The notes under the pieces: model-generated | What the model was told of the DNA's origin: nothing | Databases searched by the model: none | What the model saw: the letters and a program-made list of their open reading frames with translations, nothing else | Shown: in pieces, positions 37,240 to 46,449 of the stretch | How positions within the stretch are numbered: position 1 is the first letter of the stretch | Layout of the letters: every line of letters begins with the position of its first letter | Source: a virus | Lineage: Duplodnaviria > Caudoviricetes | Length of the DNA stretch: 64,000 bases | Virus record (IMG/VR): IMGVR_UViG_3300021255_004321 | Coordinates: 1-64,000 of that record | Reading direction: 5' to 3' (one strand) | Translations under genes and position numbers: made by a program

Positions 37240-37557
37240 TTAAACTCCCATTAAAGTTGCTTGTTCAGACTCGGCATCTTCAGGAAGAACAAAACCAAAT
37301 GAGTTTTCGATTGTCTTCCAACCTGTCTTTTCTGTAACAGCTGCGATAACTTCTTCTTTAGCTTTCTTGCCAATTGAAGGAGCATCAATAAGAATGAACT
37401 TATCATTGATAGCTTTCATTCCTCTTTTCTTGTTCTGAAATGTTTCTCCGCTTTCGATAGGAGCATTCAAAACGTCACGAATTACTTCGTTTGCAGAAGG
37501 TGTGTTCTCATATCTGAGAAAAAGTTCACCTTTGCAAAAATCTTCATACATTACCAT
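37240..37557 (-). CDS. Hypothetical protein
   Basis: GAGG SD. Confidence 0.65.
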   Translation of the reverse strand: MVMYEDFCKGELFLRYENTPSANEVIRDVLNAPIESGETFQNKKRGMKAINDKFILIDAPSIGKKAKEEVIAAVTEKTGWKTIENSFGFVLPEDAESEQATLMGV

Positions 37558-37626
37558 TAAGATAACCTCTGAAATATTGTTTAGACAACAATCAACGATT
37601 GTGCCGCATATATTGCGGCAACATCT

Positions 37627-38226
37627 TTATTTTGCTTTCGTTCCAGTCGAGCCGAATCCGCCCGCGCCGCGATTGTTATATTTGAAGTCCTTATAGAATT
37701 CATTCTCTGAAATCTTGTTGTCAGCTTCAACATCAACTTTCTCTTCAGTATAAATGCGGGCTTCCTCAGTGCAGTAAACACGAGGCGCAAGCTGTGTTAT
37801 TTTATCGTCTTCATAGATGTAAAGATAATCATCAGAAGTGTTTGTCAAAGACAAATGAATTTCACCCTGATAGTTTGGGTCAATTTCACAAGCTCCCACA
37901 TCAAGACCTTTCTTTGTTGCAATGCCTGACTTGTTTTCAACATACAAGTCCATCTGTAAACCGTAAGAGATAAGCGGCATCGAAAGTTCAAGATATGATT
38001 TAATTCCTGATGGAATACAAACTCTTTCGTGTGGACCAACCATAATGCATTCTTTACCTGCATCATCTTTTGTAATGTTTACTGCTGCCTTTGGATTCTT
38101 TTCAGCTTCCTCAGCGCAAGTCTTTTTGAATGCATCATTGAACTTAGGGACAAAGAAATCAAATCCTACATTACCGTCTTCACGATAAGGGTCTGCAACA
38201 TCCCTAACTTTAAGAAACTTTATCAT
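37627..38226 (-). CDS. dut: Trimeric dUTPase
   Basis: GFDF, NKSG, EIDPNYQGEI, ITQL, RGAGGFGSTG. Confidence 0.92.
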   Translation of the reverse strand: MIKFLKVRDVADPYREDGNVGFDFFVPKFNDAFKKTCAEEAEKNPKAAVNITKDDAGKECIMVGPHERVCIPSGIKSYLELSMPLISYGLQMDLYVENKSGIATKKGLDVGACEIDPNYQGEIHLSLTNTSDDYLYIYEDDKITQLAPRVYCTEEARIYTEEKVDVEADNKISENEFYKDFKYNNRGAGGFGSTGTKAK

Positions 38227-38257
38227 TATTCCATAACCTCCAAGTTATAGAATAATA

Positions 38258-38650
38258 TTAACACTGTTGTTGATTAGGGCCCTCTTCGTAATTAAGCCAC
38301 TGCCAATCAGCAGAAATCATTTCAAAAGTTTTATCAAGGTCCGACTCTAAAGGAGAAAGTCGGCCGAGCAAGTTAATTCTGTATTTCATCCAAAGATTAT
38401 AATACTCAATTGCAATATCAAAGAAGGCGACTGGGTTTTCACCCCAAGTGTTCACAACATATCTGTCTTCAGTCAACTTGAGAAACTCTTTAAGTTCTTT
38501 ATAAAAGTTGCGAACATCAGCCGCAGCAAGTTCCCAATCGAAATCTTGCTTTTTATATATTATTCTTGTTGCGGCTTCCTTAAATCGTTGTAAGTGTCTT
38601 TTGACCCTTAATCTTAAATCTTGTATTTCATTGTCTTTAAGCTGTCTCAT
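38258..38650 (-). CDS. Tandem paralog family member 4
   Basis: WGENPVAFFDIAIEYY. Confidence 0.7.
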   Translation of the reverse strand: MRQLKDNEIQDLRLRVKRHLQRFKEAATRIIYKKQDFDWELAAADVRNFYKELKEFLKLTEDRYVVNTWGENPVAFFDIAIEYYNLWMKYRINLLGRLSPLESDLDKTFEMISADWQWLNYEEGPNQQQC

Positions 38651-39020
38651 TTTCTTCTCCACTTTCAAAAGGGTTTGTTAAAAAATACTTAAAAAAGACA
38701 TCTCTTACTTCTTGTGTTTGTTGATAACCACTCCAAAGTGTTGCATCAACAGGCTGCCCAACCTGAGAAAGGTGTTCTCTGTATAAATCATTTATTTTTT
38801 CAAACCAAGCTTCAGAAAAAGCAATTACAACATCATAATAAGATCTTGGGTTTTTAAGAAATTGAAAAAAGTTGTATGTGTCACTAATTGTTTCATAAAG
38901 AGGAACAAGGATTTCTTGAGCAAACGTATAAAATGGCTCATCGATGCTTTGAGCAAAATAAGAATGGAGTTTTGTCTTCAGGACTTCATTGATGCCTGTA
39001 ATCTTATTTCGTATATCCAT
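38637..39020 (-). CDS. Tandem paralog family member 3 (divergent)
   Basis: KNPRSYYDV; AGGAG SD before MDIRN. Confidence 0.6.
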   Translation of the reverse strand: MDIRNKITGINEVLKTKLHSYFAQSIDEPFYTFAQEILVPLYETISDTYNFFQFLKNPRSYYDVVIAFSEAWFEKINDLYREHLSQVGQPVDATLWSGYQQTQEVRDVFFKYFLTNPFESGEENETA

Positions 39021-39384
39021 AAGCGCTCCTATAAAGATCTGCTTTATGATGTACATACGCAATCGACTGATGAAAAAATAATTCATCATCAGTCAAACCA
39101 CTAATATATTCTTCATAAAAAGGCAACCAAACTTGTTTGTAATAAGCATCACAAACATCATAAAAAGAAACAACATTGTGTTTCCATTCATTTATCTCTC
39201 TTGGGCTCTGAAGCAATTCAAGGAACTCTTTCAAAGCTTCATATGTTTCTTTTATAAAATCTTCAGGGTCAGTACACTTAAGATAAAATCTAACGCAAGG
39301 ACGAAGTGTTTTTATAAGGCTTTCACGAAGCTTGTTTTCTACTGAAAAAGTCAGTGCGTTTTTGAGCAATTGCATCTTTCTCAA
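39004..39384 (-). CDS. Tandem paralog family member 2
   Basis: WKHNVVSFYDVCDAYY. Confidence 0.7.
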   Translation of the reverse strand: MRKMQLLKNALTFSVENKLRESLIKTLRPCVRFYLKCTDPEDFIKETYEALKEFLELLQSPREINEWKHNVVSFYDVCDAYYKQVWLPFYEEYISGLTDDELFFHQSIAYVHHKADLYRSAYGYTK

Positions 39385-39739
39385 TCTCCTCTATTTTATC
39401 AAGCTTTGTATCAAGCACATAATTGTAATGTATTTTCTTAAAAGTTTCTGTGAGCCAAATTTCCTCACGAACTAAGTTGTGTTCATTTTTATAAGGGATC
39501 CATATCTGTTCCCAATAAGCATTGCAGATGTCAAGAAAAGCAATTGGGTTTTCCCTCCATCCATCTATGCAGTTCATATTATTAAAAAGATTAACAAGTT
39601 CTTGTAAATTGTCAAATACTTCAACAACATCTTTATCAAGAGTGTCCCTTTTATCACGATAGTTGAATACGCGGAACACGCTTGAGATATGAACTTGAAG
39701 TTCATAAAGTAAATGAAATGCTTCTTTCCATTCAATCAT
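39323..39739 (-). CDS. Tandem paralog family member 1
   Basis: WRENPIAFLDICNAYW; GAGG SD before MIEWK. Confidence 0.7.
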   Translation of the reverse strand: MIEWKEAFHLLYELQVHISSVFRVFNYRDKRDTLDKDVVEVFDNLQELVNLFNNMNCIDGWRENPIAFLDICNAYWEQIWIPYKNEHNLVREEIWLTETFKKIHYNYVLDTKLDKIEEIEKDAIAQKRTDFFSRKQAS

Positions 39740-39754
39740 ATTCAACCTCAAAGC

Positions 39755-39780
39755 AAAAGCCCGCACTCGAAGCACGGGCC
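39755..39780 (-). terminator. Intrinsic terminator
   Basis: GCCCGTGC/GTGCGGGC stem plus U4. Confidence 0.6.
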
Positions 39781-39800
39781 TTTGTTACTACTTATGGAGA

Positions 39801-40157
39801 TTAAGCAGTTTCTACTGCTGCATCTTTCTTTGCTTTGTTGCGCTTTACAGCGGCTTTCTTTGCCTTAGGTTCTTTAGGCAGGTCGGAAAAGATGTCGAAA
39901 GTATCAACATTTACGTCTCCAACGCGGCGGCGGACTGTGCGGGCGATTCCTTCAGCGTAAGTACCCATATCAGCGTATTCTGACTTGCGGAAGCCTTTTA
40001 CATAAGATCCGTCAGCAGACCAAACAAAAGTCAGAATGTCGTCGTTGTCCTTGTGAACTTCGATTTTTCCGCCATTTGGAAGATTTACAACTGCATCAAC
40101 ATCTACGCGAGCAATCATCTTGCGTACCTTAGAAAATGTAAAATTGTGTTTTGCCAT
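39801..40157 (-). CDS. Hypothetical basic protein under class-1 promoter
   Basis: GGAGG SD. Confidence 0.75.
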   Translation of the reverse strand: MAKHNFTFSKVRKMIARVDVDAVVNLPNGGKIEVHKDNDDILTFVWSADGSYVKGFRKSEYADMGTYAEGIARTVRRRVGDVNVDTFDIFSDLPKEPKAKKAAVKRNKAKKDAAVETA

Positions 40158-40182
40158 ATTTCGGCCTCCTGTTCTGTTTGAA

Positions 40183-40221
40183 TTACAATAATAATATAAA
40201 AAGTTGACTGTAAAAGTTTAA
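40183..40221 (-). promoter_or_regulatory. Class-1 (putative early) promoter
   Basis: 39-bp conserved motif. Confidence 0.75.
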
Positions 40222-40259
40222 ATTTTTATATAAATTTATTCTTTTTTTTTCATATTTAT

Positions 40260-40312
40260 TCCCTCCATTATAGTTCAAATTTTATTTTGACAGATTTCAA
40301 GAAAATGTCAAA
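40260..40312 (-). repeat. Conserved intergenic element, copy 2
   Basis: 33 bp identical to 50630..50662 plus TTTGACA/TGTCAAA inverted repeat. Confidence 0.85.
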
Positions 40313-40348
40313 ATATGCAGATTTAAGTGGTTTTTTGACTAAATAAAA

Positions 40349-40921
40349 ATGACTTATCAAAATACGGAGGATTATATAAAAAGACATATTGAAAGGGTCC
40401 GTAAGCATCTTTTGACATTTATTCTGCTCTTGCAAGTTCGTGCTCAACGCCACGACTACTCTAAATTACAGGAGCCTGAATTAAGTTGGTGGAAAGATAT
40501 GGACAAGGAGCCTCGTTATCCCTATGGGTCCCCTCAGTATGTTGCAAAAATGAGAAGATGGAAATATGTGTTTGACCATCATTATAAGTGCAACCGCCAC
40601 CACCCAGAACACTTTGAATTTGGCATTCAAGGAATGAACTTAGTCGACGTTATTGAGATGCTTTGTGATTGGATTGGGTATAAAGATTACATATCAATTA
40701 CTGAAGCGATTTCAACAGTTGAGCAACAAATGAAAAGATACGGCTTTTCAGATGACTTAAGTTACATTATCAAAAATACTTTAATTGATTACTTCTCAAT
40801 TATGGGAGGCTTCCATAAAGGTGAAATGGACCTCCCAGGCGGCTTAGTTGAAGAATTAGGTTATCATAGAGAAAAAGTTAAAGAAGTTGAAGACATACAT
40901 CATATCGACATCTTGGCATAA
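40349..40921 (+). CDS. HD-like hydrolase (DUF5662-type)
   Basis: HI..V, HDYSKL, HHYKCNRHHPEH, EMLCDW. Confidence 0.75.
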   Translation: MTYQNTEDYIKRHIERVRKHLLTFILLLQVRAQRHDYSKLQEPELSWWKDMDKEPRYPYGSPQYVAKMRRWKYVFDHHYKCNRHHPEHFEFGIQGMNLVDVIEMLCDWIGYKDYISITEAISTVEQQMKRYGFSDDLSYIIKNTLIDYFSIMGGFHKGEMDLPGGLVEELGYHREKVKEVEDIHHIDILA

Positions 40922-40943
40922 CTAATTATAAAAGGAACCGACT

Positions 40944-41633
40944 ATGGAAAAGAAACAACTTTTTGAAAATATCTTAAAAGAGAATGTTGAACTTGATGAT
41001 GCTTTCTCACGCTTTAGAGAAGCATTCCTTGACAATATGAAATCTTATATTGATGAGGAAACAATTGACAACATTTTAAGTTCAGTTTCAGGACGCTGGG
41101 CTTTAAGAAGTTATCGCGACTATTATGTTGTGTTGAATGTAAAAGGTAAAGGTTGGGGCAACTTCGATCTTTACAATAAAGACAACAGAGCAGCAAGTTG
41201 GAAACTTGCCTCAGCAGGATATGAAAGTATTATGCAGCACCATCAAGATGATTTCTATCAAGATTGGAATGAAACTTTCAAAGAAGAGTTTGGCGTTGAT
41301 ATTTATGTTTTAGGCCGCAGTGGCGGATGGTGGGGATTCAAAGAAGATGACTTCCTTGACGAACTTACAGTTGACAATGACAAACTTAGAGAAGTCTTTG
41401 ACTCAAGATATGCAACATTGTTCGCAGGTACAGAAGACTCTGACGATGAAGAAGATGTTGCAGTTGAAGTTCTTGAAGATGATTCAGTAAACTTGGCAGA
41501 GATTATCAAAATCAACCCTGAGTTTAAATCTTATATGGAAGACTTTGCAGCATCAGTTGATAAGACATCTGATTACTGGGAGTCTGAAGAGTTCAACGAT
41601 GAACAGTACAAAGCTGACTTCTTGCTTAACTAA
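40944..41633 (+). CDS. Acidic hypothetical protein (KKQLFENILKEN family)
   Basis: ACTAATT motif at 40921; LGRSGGWWG. Confidence 0.7.
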   Translation: MEKKQLFENILKENVELDDAFSRFREAFLDNMKSYIDEETIDNILSSVSGRWALRSYRDYYVVLNVKGKGWGNFDLYNKDNRAASWKLASAGYESIMQHHQDDFYQDWNETFKEEFGVDIYVLGRSGGWWGFKEDDFLDELTVDNDKLREVFDSRYATLFAGTEDSDDEEDVAVEVLEDDSVNLAEIIKINPEFKSYMEDFAASVDKTSDYWESEEFNDEQYKADFLLN

Positions 41634-41728
41634 ATAGCTCTCGAAAACAACATTATATATGCAAGGGATTTCGTAAGAGGTCCCTTGTATAGTTTTAAAC
41701 CGACTAACTAATAATACGAGGTATTTTA

Positions 41729-44700
41729 ATGGATGCAAGTGATATTGCTGCTCTTGTAAGTGGAAAAGGCGGCTTATCTCCAGAAGATTCAAACAATTTA
41801 GAAAATCTCTCAACAAACAGCAAAGGCTTTCTCGATGGTATCAATGAGACAAAGTCAATTGCTCAGAAGCAACTTAACTATGTCTCTGACATTGCAGTTG
41901 ATGTAGGTACTAAAGGTTGGTTTGCTGAAACATTAGGAAAACTCGTAGATAACTTTGAAGAAAACACTGTAAAAGAAGATGAAGGTAGAACACTCTCTGA
42001 AGAGATTAAAGATATATTGTCTGATATGAAAATCTTCGAAGAGACAACAAACACTGATAATAAAGAAAAGAAAAAGAAAAGAGGTAAAGTTTCAGATAGA
42101 ACAAAGCTTGATGACTTGAAATCTTTGCCATACGAGTTCGCAACACTCGGTGCTGTATTGGCAAATGCCCTTACAAATAAAGATGAAAAGAAAGACAAGA
42201 AAGGCGGCATTTCAGGATTCTTTAAAGGCCTTCTTGAAGGCGTAGGTGGAATCGCTGCTCTCGGTGTAGCTTTGTTCGCATTTGCAGGTGCAACTTTAAT
42301 ATTCAATTTCGTTGACTGGGGCAAGGCAGTTGTAGGTATGCTTGCATTTACAGTATTCACTATCGGTATAGTTGCGCTTGCCAAAGCTTTGAAACAAGAT
42401 GAGAAAGATTTAACGAGTTTTGCAAAAACATCTCTAATGTTGTCAGCGGCTCTTGGAGTGTTTGCTGTTTCATTGTATCTTGTATCTGCTGTCGTAGGTT
42501 CAGAAGGCGTTACAATTGCAGGTAAAGAAATCGTTCCTCCTTTTAGTTTGGGAAATGCAATTGCAGGCACTTTGTTATTCTTAGGATTCTTGACAGGAGT
42601 TGCACTTATATCACATATCGTTGCAAAAGAAAATAAAAGCTTTGTTGAATTCGCAAAAGCTTCATTAGTTCTTTCAGCTGCATTAGGTGTATTCGCAATT
42701 TCATTGTATGTAGTTTCTGCTGTTGTAGGATCACAAGGCGTCATAATTGGTGGAAAGCAAATTGTTCAGCCATTTGACTTAAGTGACGCAATAAAAGGAA
42801 CTGGGTTGTTCTTAGGATTCTTATTAGGCGTTGCAATAATCAGTAATGTAGCAAGTCAAAGTGAAGATGACTTTACAAAGTTTGCAGCTGCATCAATGTT
42901 GATGTCAGTTTCATTGGTTTTGTTCTCATTCTCACTTGCAATCGTTTCAGCTATGTACAGCTCAAAAGAATTAAAGATTGGTGAGTTTGAAGTCCCTAAA
43001 GTTGACATCCCAGGTGCTATGATTGGCCTCGGCTTATTCTTAGGTTTTATTCTTGCATTTACAGGTATCGCAATTTTAGCAAACTCATTTGGCGGTAACA
43101 TACTCGCATTCACTGGCGTTTCATTGCTTATGTCAGTTTCTTTGATAACATTCTCTGTTGCAATGGCAATTACTGCAGGTGTTGTAAGTGGGCAAGGTGT
43201 TTCATTTGGCGATATAAAGTTTACACCTCCACAGGATGTTGCAAAAAATGCTTTAATTGGTATTGCTGAGATGGCTGCATTTATGGTAGCATTTGCAGGA
43301 TTAGGTGCACTCTTCTTAATCCCATTTGCAGGACAAGCAATGTTAGCAGGTATCGCAATGGCATCAGGTGCATTACTTGCAATTGCAGGAACAACAATTT
43401 TATTCTCAAAAGCTATGATGCTTGCAGGCCTCGCAATGACAGGTGGTGAAGCTGAAATTGGTGGGGAAACATATAAGCTTCCAAAATATAATGAAGCAGC
43501 AACAGAAGCAATGTTTGATTTGATGGCAGACTTTATTGATATGTTTGCCGACCTTGCTGATGATATTGGTAAGAAAGGGATGAAGGCTGTTGAAAAACTT
43601 GGTAAGTCAGTTATTCCTATCATCAATGCAATGGACAAAATGGTTGATGTTGTTATTAAAGCAGGAGAAAATTACGATAACATTATAAAGATTGTAAACG
43701 GCGACTCAAACGCTCTTGACCATTTAATGGACCCAGTTATGTATGTAATCTTGGGCCATAAGCTTGATGGCGAAGGTGGTTTGATGTATGTTGCAAACAA
43801 TATGAGCAAGTACAGTGCAAAGGTTCTTAAACTTGTTGGTGAAGCACTTGTTCCTGTTACAGATGCAATGCTCAATATGATTGATGTTGTTATCAAAGCA
43901 GCAGACAATAAGCAAAAGATTGAAGATATAATGTCATCTCAGGGCGGAATGGATATGCTTGACCATTTGATGGACCCTGTTCTTTGGATGATTCTTGGCC
44001 ATAATATAGACGGTGCAGGTGGCTTAATGTATGTTGCAACTTATATGAGTTCTTGGAGCGCAAAAACATTAAAGCTCGTAATTGAGTCTATGGTTCCTCT
44101 TACAGAAGCAATGAGCAATATGATTGACATTGTCTTGAAGGCTGCAACACTTTCTGCAGAAGGTATGACAACAGAAGAACTTGTTGCCCTCGCAATGAAC
44201 AACCTTAATTTAATTATGGTAGGAAATGGTGCAATCTCAGGATTCCTTCCAATGTTTGTTGCTACTGCAAGTAAATTAGACGATACATCAAAAGATGCGA
44301 TAGAAGCAATCAACTCAATGCCTCCTATGGTACAAGCACTCGGTGATATGATTGGTGTTGTTGCAAAAGCAGGTGAACTTGACCCAGCAAAAATTGATGC
44401 AGGTATTTATGGTTTGACTGCAGCATCAAACTTCTTAAGAACATTCATTAAAACAATTGCTGATATTATCCCAGGCGGAGTTGGCGGCTTCTTTACAAGT
44501 ATGTTTGAAGGTGACCCACTTGAAAAAGTTAAAGAAGCTCACAAGTACTTACAGCCGGGCGGTATCTTCTATAACATCTTTGAAGACTTGGCAAATATTG
44601 CAAAGAACTTTGATGGAAAAGGTTTTGAAAATCTTGGTAAAGTATCAATCGTAGGTTCATTTACAACTGATATGCTTAAGGGTTCTGATAACTTCAAAGA

Positions 44701-45139
44701 CATAATGAAGAACATCCAAAAAGGTATTGATAATCTTTCAAAGCCTCAGTCTATGACAACTGTTGCAAATGCTCTTGAGACAATTTCAAATGCAGGTGAC
44801 ATCAGCCATAAGTTCGACCCAATCTATGAACTTATTGAAAAGTCAGTAAGTATTCACTCAACTGCTCAGGACCTCGAAAGTATTGCTAATTCATATAACA
44901 AGATCGCCGCTGCAGAAAAGATTGGCGATATGAGTTCAAGATTTAAAGGTGTATTTGGTATTAAGAGTTCAACACCTACAACAGCAGCAGCTCCTGCTGC
45001 CGCAGCCGATAATATGAACAGCGGAATGACTGTTGAAGAGATACTTAATGATTGGTATAAGAACGGCGTTAAGATTAAACAGAATCTTGAAAATGTAAAA
45101 GAAGAACCTAAACCTGTTAATCTTTTAAGCATCGACTAA
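41729..45139 (+). CDS. Tape-measure-like protein with hydrophobic repeats
   Basis: 1136 aa, Ala/Gly-rich helical repeats, heads baseplate operon. Confidence 0.65.
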   Translation: MDASDIAALVSGKGGLSPEDSNNLENLSTNSKGFLDGINETKSIAQKQLNYVSDIAVDVGTKGWFAETLGKLVDNFEENTVKEDEGRTLSEEIKDILSDMKIFEETTNTDNKEKKKKRGKVSDRTKLDDLKSLPYEFATLGAVLANALTNKDEKKDKKGGISGFFKGLLEGVGGIAALGVALFAFAGATLIFNFVDWGKAVVGMLAFTVFTIGIVALAKALKQDEKDLTSFAKTSLMLSAALGVFAVSLYLVSAVVGSEGVTIAGKEIVPPFSLGNAIAGTLLFLGFLTGVALISHIVAKENKSFVEFAKASLVLSAALGVFAISLYVVSAVVGSQGVIIGGKQIVQPFDLSDAIKGTGLFLGFLLGVAIISNVASQSEDDFTKFAAASMLMSVSLVLFSFSLAIVSAMYSSKELKIGEFEVPKVDIPGAMIGLGLFLGFILAFTGIAILANSFGGNILAFTGVSLLMSVSLITFSVAMAITAGVVSGQGVSFGDIKFTPPQDVAKNALIGIAEMAAFMVAFAGLGALFLIPFAGQAMLAGIAMASGALLAIAGTTILFSKAMMLAGLAMTGGEAEIGGETYKLPKYNEAATEAMFDLMADFIDMFADLADDIGKKGMKAVEKLGKSVIPIINAMDKMVDVVIKAGENYDNIIKIVNGDSNALDHLMDPVMYVILGHKLDGEGGLMYVANNMSKYSAKVLKLVGEALVPVTDAMLNMIDVVIKAADNKQKIEDIMSSQGGMDMLDHLMDPVLWMILGHNIDGAGGLMYVATYMSSWSAKTLKLVIESMVPLTEAMSNMIDIVLKAATLSAEGMTTEELVALAMNNLNLIMVGNGAISGFLPMFVATASKLDDTSKDAIEAINSMPPMVQALGDMIGVVAKAGELDPAKIDAGIYGLTAASNFLRTFIKTIADIIPGGVGGFFTSMFEGDPLEKVKEAHKYLQPGGIFYNIFEDLANIAKNFDGKGFENLGKVSIVGSFTTDMLKGSDNFKDIMKNIQKGIDNLSKPQSMTTVANALETISNAGDISHKFDPIYELIEKSVSIHSTAQDLESIANSYNKIAAAEKIGDMSSRFKGVFGIKSSTPTTAAAPAAAADNMNSGMTVEEILNDWYKNGVKIKQNLENVKEEPKPVNLLSID

Positions 45140-45151
45140 TAAGAGGATATA

Positions 45152-46120
45152 ATGGCAAACGATAAATTTGATAGAAGACAAACAAGCAGTGAAACATTCT
45201 TAGAGAATAAAGAAAATCCTGTTCCTCTTAGACTCGTAGGTCCTTATGGAAAAGTTCCTAATTGGAAATGCATTGACTTTTGGATGGGAGGATTTGAAGG
45301 CAAAAATCCAGTAGGTGAGTCTCTTGTTAAAAGACAAAATTGGCGCAGCAATGCTTACGGTAATATCGATTTCACAAAACACCCTGTAAATGATAACATA
45401 TTACTTATACCTGAAGGAATGACGCTTGAGGTTTCAGGTGGACAAAATCTTGCTGATGTGAATGAGTCATTAGGTAAAAGCGATGACTTCTTGGCGATCT
45501 TGTCTGAAGCTACTGCAATTATTACAGGCTCAATGTCTGTTCCTCAATGGAAACCTAAAGTTCTTGAGGGCCTTAATCCTCTTAAGCTTGCACAAGGATT
45601 TAAATTTAATTTTCACTATGGAGCGGGCGGACTTTATGATGCTTTTGAAGAAGTAGTTAAACCTATCTTTGCTCTTGTAGGTTTCTTTGGTGTTAAAACA
45701 ACAAATGGAGCAGCAAGCCCAATCATATCAACAAGTGACCTTCCATATCCTACAAAAGGTTTGTTTATGTTTAATAAATTAAAGGGAGCAGTATCAGGTG
45801 TTTCTGATTTATTAAAAAATGGATTGGAAGGGAAGTCTGGAGCAGAGAAACTTGCAGATGCAAATGCAAAACTTCAAGCTGCTTTGGCAAGTGGCGCTCT
45901 TGGAATCGCATCAAGCTCAAGATACCACAACTTATGGATTTCTTGGGGCCGTTTTACACTTGGTCCTTTCCAATATTCAGAGATTAAGTATTCTTTTGAT
46001 ATGAGTATGTTCGACTCAAACGGTTGGCCGATGAATGGCACTTTTGAAATAAGTGGTTTGGAATCTATGCGTGTATCTTCTTCAAGCGCAATGGTTTCAC
46101 CTGTTATTGTAGGAGCTTAA
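45152..46120 (+). CDS. Baseplate/tail-tube initiator-like protein
   Basis: C-terminal YSFD..FDSNGWPMNG motif; position after tape measure. Confidence 0.5.
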   Translation: MANDKFDRRQTSSETFLENKENPVPLRLVGPYGKVPNWKCIDFWMGGFEGKNPVGESLVKRQNWRSNAYGNIDFTKHPVNDNILLIPEGMTLEVSGGQNLADVNESLGKSDDFLAILSEATAIITGSMSVPQWKPKVLEGLNPLKLAQGFKFNFHYGAGGLYDAFEEVVKPIFALVGFFGVKTTNGAASPIISTSDLPYPTKGLFMFNKLKGAVSGVSDLLKNGLEGKSGAEKLADANAKLQAALASGALGIASSSRYHNLWISWGRFTLGPFQYSEIKYSFDMSMFDSNGWPMNGTFEISGLESMRVSSSSAMVSPVIVGA

Positions 46121-46122
46121 AA

Positions 46123-46449
46123 ATGAAAAGTAGATACGATTATTATGAAAGTTCACAACAAACTGATGTCGATGGCGAACAGTGGCCTGACCCACTTTCA
46201 GTATCTTTCAATGATGTTCAATTGACAAAAGCACCTACGCTCATTCAAATCACAGATGCTGATATTACAAAGTTTTGGCTTTTTATGAAAGATCATTATG
46301 GTTTGCAAGAGATGGACGACATCTTACTAAATTTAAACGCCATTCCGTTTTTAGGTATGGAACGCCCAGGTGATAAGATATATCTTGTTGACATCAATGA
46401 TATGGAAAAATTCAATACACAGAAGTTGGGTGAGTCGGAGGATTACTAA
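46123..46449 (+). CDS. Baseplate wedge protein, gp53/LysM-like
   Basis: KSRY, HYG...DDILLNLNAI...PGDKIYL. Confidence 0.6.
   Translation: MKSRYDYYESSQQTDVDGEQWPDPLSVSFNDVQLTKAPTLIQITDADITKFWLFMKDHYGLQEMDDILLNLNAIPFLGMERPGDKIYLVDINDMEKFNTQKLGESEDY

Noticed and set aside
38226-38241. Met-Glu-stop mini-ORF overlapping the dUTPase start
   Set aside because: GGAGG is only 2 nt from that ATG but 10 nt from the dUTPase ATG, so the SD fits dUTPase.
41878-43638. Long antisense ORFs (288 and 260 aa) opposite the tape-measure gene
   Set aside because: Shadow frames from Ala/Gly/Val-rich codons; no SD or promoter motif and no recognisable domain.
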